Of a DNA stretch of 64,000 nt, positions 9,083 through 16,546 are shown piece by piece; positions within the stretch are counted from its first letter, which is position 1; the number at the start of each line of letters is the position of its first letter. The notes under the pieces were generated by a model that saw nothing but the letters and a program-made list of their open reading frames with translations, was not told the DNA's origin and searched no databases. The position numbers and the translations under genes were made by a program. The stretch spans positions 5,365 to 69,364 of the forward strand of contig JBGPBV010000007.1 in NCBI GenBank assembly GCA_041481445.1. The letters are read 5' to 3'. This stretch comes from Vicinamibacteria bacterium (GTDB lineage Bacteria; Acidobacteriota; Vicinamibacteria; Fen-336).

Positions 9083-9928
9083 TCACCGGGCGGCGGCGAG
9101 CAGGGCCTGCTCGCGGAAGGCGCCCGCCTTGAGCGCCTCCGCGTGCACGACCTCGAACTCGGGGATGTTCTCGTCCCACTCGTAGAGGGTGGCCACGTTG
9201 CCGGTGCGCCGGCAGGAGCGGCGATAGAGGTCCCAGACCTCGTCGATGGCGTGATCGCTGTGGGTGTCGATGATGTGCGTGCCCTTGTGCGTGTGACCGG
9301 CCAGGTGGTACTGGACCACGCGGTCGGCGGGGACGTTGTCGACGTAGACCCGCGGGTCGAATCCGTGGTTGAAGGAGCTGACGTACACGTTGTTGACGTC
9401 GAGCAGCAGCCCGCAGTCCGCCTCCCGGGCCAGGCGCGAGAGGAACTCCCACTCCGGCATCGTCGAGTCCTTGAACTCGACGTACGAGGAGGGGTTCTCG
9501 AGGACGAGCGGCCGCTCCAGGATCTCGGAGACCTGCCGCACGCGGGCCGCGGTATGGCGCAGCGCCTCCTCCGTGTACGGCATGGGCAGGAGGTCGTGGA
9601 CGTTGCGCCCGGCCACTCCCGTCCAGCAGAGGTGGTCGGAGACCCAGTGCGCGCGCGTCCTTTCGGCCAGGGCCTTGAGCTTGCGGAGGTACTCGCGGTC
9701 GAGGGGATCCGTGCTGCCGATCGACATCGACACGCCGTGCAGCGCGACCGGGTAGCGCTCGGCCACGCCGTCCAGGACGTAGAGGGGCCGCCCGCCCGTG
9801 TCCATGAAGTTCTCGGAGAGGACCTCGAACCAGTCCACCTTCGGCCACTTTTCGAGGATGTGGGGGAAGTGGACGGTCCTCAGGCCGATGCCGATGCCGA
9901 GGTCGGGAAGGTTCCAGCGGTTGCCCAC
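9083..9928 (-). CDS. DUF692 / multinuclear non-heme iron oxidase (MNIO; MbnB/HvfB/BufB-like) TIM-barrel enzyme
   Basis: 281 aa with a xylose-isomerase-like TIM barrel and His/Asp/Glu metal-ligand pattern (HGVSMSIGS, HWVSDHLCW, VLENPSSY, LLLDVNNVYV, HLAGH, DTHSDHAID) characteristic of UPF0276/DUF692. Confidence 0.75.
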   Translation of the reverse strand: MGNRWNLPDLGIGIGLRTVHFPHILEKWPKVDWFEVLSENFMDTGGRPLYVLDGVAERYPVALHGVSMSIGSTDPLDREYLRKLKALAERTRAHWVSDHLCWTGVAGRNVHDLLPMPYTEEALRHTAARVRQVSEILERPLVLENPSSYVEFKDSTMPEWEFLSRLAREADCGLLLDVNNVYVSSFNHGFDPRVYVDNVPADRVVQYHLAGHTHKGTHIIDTHSDHAIDEVWDLYRRSCRRTGNVATLYEWDENIPEFEVVHAEALKAGAFREQALLAAAR

Positions 9929-10023
9929 GCGGTCTGCCCTGTATGAAGACGAATGAGGCCGGGGAAGGGGAAGAGGCCCGCAAAGGCCTCCTCCCCGTGC
10001 GCAATCAGATCAGACGATCGACG

Positions 10024-10470
10024 TTACCGGCCCTTGCAGCCGCTCTTGCCCTTGCAGGAGCTCTTGCCGGCCTTGTCCTTCGCCGCCTTCTCCATCACCC
10101 CCTTGGCGTGCTCGGCCGAGAGCGGGACCTTGCAGCCGCCCTTGCCCTCGCACGAGTTCTTGCCCGCGCAGCCGGCGTCGCCACCCTGGCAGCCGCCCAT
10201 GCCCTTGCACTTGTTCTGGGCCTTGCACTCGTGCTTGGCGGAGGTGGCGCAGCTCCCCTTGCCCGAACAGGCGTTCTTGGCGTCCGCGCCCTGGCCCTTA
10301 CACTTGTTGAAGCCCTTGCAGACGTGCGGTTCGGGCTTGTCCGCGGCCGGCGTCCCCGTCGTCTTGGCCGCCGCCGCCGGCTTCTTGGTGTCGTCCGCGA
10401 GCGCCCTGCTGCCCGCCATCATGCCCGCGGCCACCACGCCCATGACCTTCGTGAACTCTCTCCGGTCCAT
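10024..10470 (-). CDS. Cys-rich RiPP/metallophore precursor (HvfA/bufferin-like, 12 Cys), twin-arginine signal peptide
   Basis: MDRREFTKVMGVVAAGMMAGSRALA carries a Tat motif (RREFTK). Lys/Gly-rich core with 12 Cys spaced mostly C-x5-C in C-[KESA]-G-[KQM]-G-x units (CKGQGA, CSGKGSC, CKGMGGC, CEGKGGC, CKGKSGC). Strong SD AAGGAGA 7 nt upstream. First gene of the MNIO operon. Confidence 0.7.
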   Translation of the reverse strand: MDRREFTKVMGVVAAGMMAGSRALADDTKKPAAAAKTTGTPAADKPEPHVCKGFNKCKGQGADAKNACSGKGSCATSAKHECKAQNKCKGMGGCQGGDAGCAGKNSCEGKGGCKVPLSAEHAKGVMEKAAKDKAGKSSCKGKSGCKGR

Positions 10471-10554
10471 TCACTGTCTCCTTAAGTTTGTAGCCGTCCC
10501 TTGACGGTACATACCCCCGTTACCGCTTTCCGGCCCACCCTTTGCGGGAGTGTC

Positions 10555-10584
10555 GTTATGGTCCGAACCCCCGCCCGGTGTCAA
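10555..10584 (-). promoter_or_regulatory. Candidate sigma70-type promoter of the precursor-MNIO operon (-35 TTGACA, 18-nt spacer, weak -10 CATAAC)
   Basis: On the minus strand, TTGACA (10579-10584) then CATAAC (10555-10560), about 85 nt upstream of the precursor ATG. Sequence match only. Confidence 0.3.
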
Positions 10585-10671
10585 GGCGGGTCCTCCGGCG
10601 CCCCCCGTACGCGGGGAACAACGCCCGCGCCCGCCGCCGTATTCCCCGGGAATGCTAGAATTTGCTCCCGG

Positions 10672-11400
10672 ATGAACCCTCGCCTCGAACGACTGATCCA
10701 CCTCCAACGAGCGGACAGCGATCTGCGACGGACCCAGGAGGGGCTGGCCGAGATCCCCAAGCGCAAGGCGGAGCTGGAAGCGGAGCTCGCCGCCGGGCGC
10801 GCCCGTCTCGAGCGGGCGAAGGTCGAGCTGGACGAATCCCTCAAGGCCCGCCGGCGCCACGAGGGCTCGCTCCAGGACCTCGAAAGCAAGCGCTCGCGGT
10901 ACAAGAGCCAGCTCATGGAGGTGAAGACCAACAAGGAGTACACGGCCATGCTCCACGAGATCGAGGGGGTGGAGCGCGAGATCCGCGGCATCGAGGACCA
11001 GGTGCTCACGGAGATGGAGAAGGCGGAGACGCTGGCGGCCGAGATCAAGGCCGAGGAGGCCGCCTTCAAGGCCCGCGAGGAGCGGCATCGCGCGGCCGTC
11101 CGCGGCCTCGAGGAGCGCGCGCGGGTGCTGGAGGCGGACGCCGGACGTCTGGGGGCCGAGCGTGACCAGGTCGCGCAAGGCATCGACGAGGACACCCTCG
11201 ACCTCTTCCAGCGCGTGGCGCGCCTGCGCGGCTCCGCCATGGCCGAGGCCCGCGACAACATGTGCCAGGTCTGCCACGTGAAGCTGCGCCTGCAGATGTA
11301 CGTGGACCTCAAGCGCAACGAGGAGATCGTGCAGTGCCCGGCCTGCAACCGCATCCTCTATTACGAGCCGCCCGTCCCCGTGACCGTCCCCGAGCCCTGA
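10672..11400 (+). CDS. COG1579/DUF164 zinc-ribbon coiled-coil protein
   Basis: Long coiled-coil region followed by a C-terminal C4 ribbon (CQVCHVKL...CPACNRILY). ATG at 10672 inside the longer track ORF. Confidence 0.75.
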   Translation: MNPRLERLIHLQRADSDLRRTQEGLAEIPKRKAELEAELAAGRARLERAKVELDESLKARRRHEGSLQDLESKRSRYKSQLMEVKTNKEYTAMLHEIEGVEREIRGIEDQVLTEMEKAETLAAEIKAEEAAFKAREERHRAAVRGLEERARVLEADAGRLGAERDQVAQGIDEDTLDLFQRVARLRGSAMAEARDNMCQVCHVKLRLQMYVDLKRNEEIVQCPACNRILYYEPPVPVTVPEP

Positions 11401-11837
11401 CCCTGGTCGCGGCGCCCCTGAGCGAATCCCTCCACATCCACATCGACGGAGCCAGCCGCGGCAATCCGGGCGAGGCCGGCTTCGGCGTCTACGTGACCAC
11501 GCCCGACGGGACGCCCGTGGCCGAGCTCTACGGCTACCTCGGGCGGGCCAGCAACAACGTCGCCGAGTACCAGGCCCTCATCCACGCCCTGCGCTACGCC
11601 TCCGAGCAGGGCGCCTCACGCGTGAAGGTGTTCTCGGACTCCGAGCTGGTGGTGCGGCAGATCGGCGGGCAATACCGGGTCAAGCATCCGGACATGGTGC
11701 CGCTGCATTCGCTGGCCAGGGGCCTGCTCTCGCGATTCCGGGAGGCGAGCGTCTCCCACGTCCGCCGCGCGCAGAACAAGGACGCGGACCGCCTGGCGAA
11801 CCAGGCGCTGGACGAGAAGGCCTCCAAGCTCAAGTAG
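11262..11837 (+). CDS. rnhA: Ribonuclease HI (start uncertain; overlaps the 3' end of the zinc-ribbon gene)
   Basis: HIDGASRGNPGEAGFGVYV...AEYQALIHAL...VFSDSELVV is the RNase H fold with the DEDD catalytic residues. The conserved domain begins near nt 11400 but the only in-frame start is ATG 11262. Confidence 0.75.
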   Translation: MPGLPREAAPADVRGPQAQRGDRAVPGLQPHPLLRAARPRDRPRALTLVAAPLSESLHIHIDGASRGNPGEAGFGVYVTTPDGTPVAELYGYLGRASNNVAEYQALIHALRYASEQGASRVKVFSDSELVVRQIGGQYRVKHPDMVPLHSLARGLLSRFREASVSHVRRAQNKDADRLANQALDEKASKLK

Positions 11838-12540
11838 GCCTGGCGAACCCGACGAAGTTGACCATCCGCCCCGCCCGCTTCCCTTCCCGCCGGTACGAGT
11901 GGTACAGGTCGGCGCGGCACATCGTGCAGTCCGCGACGTGGTGGATGTGGTCGGGGGCGAGGCCGGCCTCCTCGAGCTGCCGGACGTTCGCCGCGCGCAC
12001 GTCGAGGTGGGGCCGCCCACGAGGTCCCGGACGGAAGAACGCGGCGCCGGCGGGGCCGAAGGCTTCCTGGAGCTCCGGCCCGACCTCGTAGCAGCACGGA
12101 CCGATCGACGGCCCGAGGGCGGCGACGAGGTCGGACGGCTTCGATCCGCGCGCGGCCAGGGCCGCGACCGCCTCGCGCGCCACGCCCGCGAGCGTCCCCC
12201 GCCAGCCCGCGTGCACGGCCGCGATCCGGCGCTGGACGGGATCCACGAGCAGGACCGGCTGGCAGTCCGCGGTCTCGATGCCGAGGATCAAGCCGGGCTC
12301 CTCGGCGACGGACGCGTCCGCCTCCGGATGTCCTTCCCACGGCGCCGCCCGCACGCGGCACCCATGCACCTGCCTGAGGAGCTGCAGCCGTCCCGCGCCG
12401 GCCAGGGCCTGTGCGACGCGGCGCCGCGTCTCGTCGCGATCCTCCCAGCCGGCGGGACCGAGCCTCTGCTCGAACCCGTGCACGAGTCCCGGTATCGCGT
12501 CCAGGGCGGGGACGGTGGCGGCGCGCAGGGTGCGGCTCAT
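11830..12540 (-). CDS. pgeF: Peptidoglycan editing factor PgeF (YfiH/DUF152 polyphenol-oxidase-like; purine nucleoside phosphorylase family)
   Basis: 236-aa C-terminal part of the 811-aa track ORF from MSRTLRA. Motifs HAGWRG and CCYEV with conserved His/Cys are typical of the YfiH family. Confidence 0.75.
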   Translation of the reverse strand: MSRTLRAATVPALDAIPGLVHGFEQRLGPAGWEDRDETRRRVAQALAGAGRLQLLRQVHGCRVRAAPWEGHPEADASVAEEPGLILGIETADCQPVLLVDPVQRRIAAVHAGWRGTLAGVAREAVAALAARGSKPSDLVAALGPSIGPCCYEVGPELQEAFGPAGAAFFRPGPRGRPHLDVRAANVRQLEEAGLAPDHIHHVADCTMCRADLYHSYRREGKRAGRMVNFVGFARPT

Positions 12541-12554
12541 CCGACCATCGTAAG

Positions 12555-14135
12555 TCAGGCCGCGCGCGGGCGGCGCGCGACCGCGCGAGCGATCACGCCG
12601 CCGAGGACGGCCAGCGCCACCCCCTCGAACACCACCAGGCAGGCGTGCATGGGCAGCACGTACCGGAACTCGAAGTGCACGATGGACTGGAAGGCCGCCT
12701 GGTAGACGGGCACGAGGAGGAGGAAGGCCGCGCGCCGCGGGGCCACCGCGAAGAGCGCGATCGCTCCCAGCAGGACGAGCGGCAGCGCGACGGCCGTGAG
12801 CACGAGCTGGACCGGACGCAGGACCGGACGCAGGGGTGATCCGAGGCGGCCCAGCGAGACGGCGTCCCGGCTGGTGATCCGCGGCCGCAGGCGGGCCAGG
12901 AGCTCGGGGCCGTACAGGTGGGCGGCGGAGCGTCCCTGTCCCGGCTCGTGCAGCGCGCGGAGGACCTCGTCCGCGACCGTGCCCCTGGGCGCCACCGCCG
13001 GGGCGTCCGCGCCCACGAAATCGAGCATCTGCCCCGCCCGTCGCAGGGCGACGCCCGTGAACCAGACGGGATGGGCGCGGATCACGGCCAGGCTGCGGCG
13101 GACGCGATCGCGGTCGCGACGGATCCCGTCCGGCGAGCCCCACCAATCGCCGTAGCGCGAGTCGCCGTAGAGCCGCGCCTCCTGGGCGGCCACGTCGATG
13201 TCGTCCGTGCGCGTGTCCCAGGCGTTGCCGCTGGCCTCGCCGAGTCCCTCCCACAGCACGACGCCGAGGTTGATGCTCACGGGCACGAACGCACGGTAGA
13301 GGACGAAGTTCCGGATCGTGATGGGCGCGATCGCCGCCACCGCGCCCGCCGTGATCGCGGCGGCGATGGCCAGCGGCCGCCGCCCGCGCCGCCGCCCGGC
13401 CAGGGCGGCCATGCCCATCGCCACCGCCGGACCCAGGAGCAGCAGGTTCGGCCGTAGCCACACGGCGAGCCCCAGGAGGACGCCCGCGGCCAGCGCGCGC
13501 AGGAGGGAGAGGCGCGGCCCGCGCCGCACGGCGGGGGCCAGCAGCACGAGCGCGCCCAGCACCGGCACCGCGCACACCACGTCCGGCGTGAGCAGGGCCG
13601 AGTAGTAGGCCAGGTGCGGCAGGACGCCCGCGACCAGGCCGGCGGCCACGGCCGCCCGGCGCGCGAGCAGCACGTCCGCGAGCAGGAAGACCAGAGCGGG
13701 CACGAGCGCGTTGAGGGCGTTCTGGAGGAGCTGCACCGCGAACAGGCCGCGGCCGGCAAGGCGGTAGAGCGCGGCCAGCAGGATCGAGTAGCCGGGTGGT
13801 CGCGACAGGAGCGCGGTATCGGAGGGATCGACGCCGGAGACGAAGAGGAGGCCGTCGCCGCGCAGGATGGAGGCCGCCCCCTCGTCGTAGCGCGACATCA
13901 TCCGCGAGCCGGGCTGCTCCTGGGATTCGAGGCCGGGGGCCAGGTCGACCGCGTAGAGCGAGCGCACCGCGAAGGCGACGAGGAACACGCCGGCCATCCA
14001 GGCCGCGCGGCGGTGCCGGCGGCGGGGGCCGAGCAGGCGGAAGAGGCGGCGGATCACGCGCGGCAAAGGTCGCACAGTCCGCGCGACCTTGCCAACGGCG
14101 CGAACGGCATGGTAAGACCAGTCGTTTGAGCACAC
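12555..14135 (-). CDS. GT-C fold glycosyltransferase, family 39/PMT_2-like (ArnT/PMT-like) polytopic membrane protein
   Basis: More than 10 predicted TM helices. YDE motif in the first extracytoplasmic loop (RMMSRYDEGAAS). True start is possibly internal (MAGVFLV, about nt 13997). Confidence 0.6.
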   Translation of the reverse strand: MCSNDWSYHAVRAVGKVARTVRPLPRVIRRLFRLLGPRRRHRRAAWMAGVFLVAFAVRSLYAVDLAPGLESQEQPGSRMMSRYDEGAASILRGDGLLFVSGVDPSDTALLSRPPGYSILLAALYRLAGRGLFAVQLLQNALNALVPALVFLLADVLLARRAAVAAGLVAGVLPHLAYYSALLTPDVVCAVPVLGALVLLAPAVRRGPRLSLLRALAAGVLLGLAVWLRPNLLLLGPAVAMGMAALAGRRRGRRPLAIAAAITAGAVAAIAPITIRNFVLYRAFVPVSINLGVVLWEGLGEASGNAWDTRTDDIDVAAQEARLYGDSRYGDWWGSPDGIRRDRDRVRRSLAVIRAHPVWFTGVALRRAGQMLDFVGADAPAVAPRGTVADEVLRALHEPGQGRSAAHLYGPELLARLRPRITSRDAVSLGRLGSPLRPVLRPVQLVLTAVALPLVLLGAIALFAVAPRRAAFLLLVPVYQAAFQSIVHFEFRYVLPMHACLVVFEGVALAVLGGVIARAVARRPRAA

Positions 14136-14194
14136 TCTCCGCCCCCGCGCCGGACGCCGTCGTGGCGCCTCTTCCCGAGCCGCGCGGGGACCGG

Positions 14195-16546
14195 ATGACC
14201 GCCGATTTCCTCCGCGCCGCCCGGGCCGCCGTCTTCGGGAGCACGCTGCTCCCCCTCGTCACCACCCTCTGCAGCGCCTGGCTCCTGTCCAGCCCCGACC
14301 ATCACGTGGGCCTGCGCGAGGTGATGGCGCACCTCGGGATGATCGCGGCCGTCAACGCCCTGGTCGCGGCCGCGCTCTGGCGATGGGGAAGGGCGCTCGA
14401 CGGCTGGGGGCGGGGCCAGGCGGCCTTCCTCGACACCCTGCCCGCGCGGCGGGTGGACGTGGCCATCGTGGCCGCGGCCGCGGTGAGCCTCTTCCTGGAG
14501 CTGGCGGTGATCCGCTGGCAGGGCTCGGTCTTCGAGCTGTTCGCGCTCTACAAGAACCTGGGCCTGCTCGCCTGCTTCGCGGGCCTCGGACTGGGCTACG
14601 CGCTGGCCGGGCGCGACCGTCTCCCCCTCTTCGCCACCCTGCCCCTCCTCGGCTGGCAGATGCTCGTGTTGACCTGCCTGCGCCACGGCCTGCCCGGTCC
14701 CGCCATCGAGACCAACGGCTACTCCTGGCGGGTGCAGAGCCTGCTGGCCACGCCGTTCCCGGAGCAGCGCAACATCGGCTTCGCCACCGCGCAGACCGCC
14801 GGCCAGTTCGTGGCCGCCTATGCGTTCCTCTCCGTGCTCTTCGTCCTCAGCGCGCTCGCCTTCCTGCCCGTGGGCCAGCTCTGCGGGCGCTTGATGGCGC
14901 GGCGCGAGCAGCTCCACGCCTACGCGCTCAACCTGGCGGGCAGCCTGGCCGGCGTCGTGCTGCTCCTCGTGGCCAGCGCGCTCTGGACACCGCCTCTCGT
15001 CTGGTTCGCCCCCCTCTTCGCCCTGCTCCTCGTCTTCCAGAGCTTCGACCGGAAGGTCCTGCTCGCGGGGGCGGGGGCGGCGCTGGCGGCCGCGGTCGTG
15101 CTGGCCTGGCCGGTCTCGTTCCAGTGGGAGCGCATCTACTCGCCCTACCAGGTGATCGAGCACGGCCCCGGCGAGCGTGGCTACACCACCATCCGCGCCG
15201 CCGGCCACTACTACCAGAGGGTCCACGACCTCTCGCCGGCCGCCCAGGCCAGCTCGGAGAGCCGCCGCCGGATCGCCTTCTACTACGAGCTGCCCTACCG
15301 CGTTCACGGCGCGCCCACCAAGGTGGCCATCCTCGGGGCCGGCACCGGCAACGACGTGGCCGCCGCCCTGCGCGCGGGGGCGGAGTACGTCGACGCGATC
15401 GAGATCGACCCCGTCATCCTCCGCCTGGGCCAGCTCTACCACCCCGAGAAGCCCTACGACGATTTCCGCGTGCGCCGGATCGTGAACGACGCGCGCACCT
15501 ACCTGCGAACGACGCCCGAGACCTACGACCTCATCGTCTACGGCCTCCTCGACTCGCACACGCTGCTCAGCCACGCCTCCAGCGTGCGGCTGGAGTCGTT
15601 CGTCTACACCGTGGAGGGCATCCGGGAGGCGCGGGCGCGCCTGAAGGAGGACGGCCTGCTCAGCCTCTCGTTCGCGGTGGTGTCGAAGGAGATCGGCCGC
15701 AAGATCTACCTCATGATGACGGAGGCCTTCGACGGGCGGCCCCCGCTGTGCCTGCGCGGGGCCTACGACGGCTCGGTCATCTTCCTCCAGCGCAAGAACG
15801 GCGGGGTCACCGTGCCCGAGAGCCTGACCCTGAACCGGCGCGAGGGCTTCTGGGCCATGGAGCGCTTCGAGGACGCGAGCGTGCGGGCCGACGTCTCCAC
15901 CGACGACTGGCCCTTCCTCTACATGGCGGAACGCGTCTACCCCCTCTCGTACGTCTTCATGGGGTTGCTCGTGATCGCCCTCTCCCTTCTCCTCGTCTCC
16001 AACTTCACGGGCGAGCGGCCCGCTTTCAGCCACGCCGTGTTCTTCTTCCTGGGCGCCGCCTTCATGCTCGTCGAGACCAAGGCCATCACGGAGCTCGGCC
16101 TCACCTTCGGCAACACCTGGCACGTCATCGGGATCTCGATCGCGGGCATCCTGGCCATGGCCTTCCTGGCCACGGTGGTGGTGAGCCGGTGGAGGATCCG
16201 GGCGGTGGCGGTGCCGTTCCTCCTGCTCCTGGCCAGCCTGGGCGCGGGATGGTGGGTGTCGCGCGCGGGAGGGTTCGCGCCCACGGCGGCGGGGAAGCTC
16301 GCGGCCGTCGGCCTGCTGAGCCTGCCGATCTTCTTCTCCGGGATCCTGTTCGCGCGCTTCCTGGACACGGGCGTGGGCATCGCGGGGGCGATGGCGGTGA
16401 ACCTGCTCGGGGCGATGGTGGGCGGCCTGCTCGAGTACAACGCGATGTACTTCGGGTTCCGGTTCCTCTACGGCCTGGCCGCCGCCCTCTACGCCTGCGC
16501 GTTCCTGCTCGCCGGGAGGGCCTCCGTCCGCTTGCGCGCCCAGTGA
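14195..16546 (+). CDS. Membrane-embedded spermidine-synthase-like (class I SAM-dependent aminopropyl-/methyltransferase fold) protein with N- and C-terminal polytopic domains
   Basis: Central GAGTGND motif (VAILGAGTGNDVAAAL) plus a spermidine-synthase-like core, flanked by about 8 N-terminal and about 6 C-terminal TM helices. ATG 14195 within the 13796..16546 track ORF. Confidence 0.6.
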   Translation: MTADFLRAARAAVFGSTLLPLVTTLCSAWLLSSPDHHVGLREVMAHLGMIAAVNALVAAALWRWGRALDGWGRGQAAFLDTLPARRVDVAIVAAAAVSLFLELAVIRWQGSVFELFALYKNLGLLACFAGLGLGYALAGRDRLPLFATLPLLGWQMLVLTCLRHGLPGPAIETNGYSWRVQSLLATPFPEQRNIGFATAQTAGQFVAAYAFLSVLFVLSALAFLPVGQLCGRLMARREQLHAYALNLAGSLAGVVLLLVASALWTPPLVWFAPLFALLLVFQSFDRKVLLAGAGAALAAAVVLAWPVSFQWERIYSPYQVIEHGPGERGYTTIRAAGHYYQRVHDLSPAAQASSESRRRIAFYYELPYRVHGAPTKVAILGAGTGNDVAAALRAGAEYVDAIEIDPVILRLGQLYHPEKPYDDFRVRRIVNDARTYLRTTPETYDLIVYGLLDSHTLLSHASSVRLESFVYTVEGIREARARLKEDGLLSLSFAVVSKEIGRKIYLMMTEAFDGRPPLCLRGAYDGSVIFLQRKNGGVTVPESLTLNRREGFWAMERFEDASVRADVSTDDWPFLYMAERVYPLSYVFMGLLVIALSLLLVSNFTGERPAFSHAVFFFLGAAFMLVETKAITELGLTFGNTWHVIGISIAGILAMAFLATVVVSRWRIRAVAVPFLLLLASLGAGWWVSRAGGFAPTAAGKLAAVGLLSLPIFFSGILFARFLDTGVGIAGAMAVNLLGAMVGGLLEYNAMYFGFRFLYGLAAALYACAFLLAGRASVRLRAQ

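Noticed and set aside
8235-10004. 589-aa ORF covering the DUF2063 and DUF692 regions as a single protein
   Set aside because: The 5' two-thirds is an off-frame read-through over the MNIO gene. The MNIO has its own frame with conserved motifs. DUF2063 is reassigned to 8235..9050.
10529-10662. Plus-strand promoter-like hexamers (TTGACG at about 10529; TAGAAT at 10657-10662) upstream of the zinc-ribbon gene
   Set aside because: Spacing to any -10 or -35 partner is poor, and TAGAAT is only 9 nt from the ATG, which would imply a leaderless mRNA. It is too speculative without TSS data.
13796-14194. 5' extension of the spermidine-synthase-like gene (916-aa track ORF), and 14383..16542 as part of a 1306-aa ORF
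   Set aside because: The extensions are Arg-rich low-complexity sequence overlapping the divergent GT39 gene. Internal starts (ATG 14195 and GTG 16543) give proteins that begin with TM/signal regions and are consistent with the domain boundaries.
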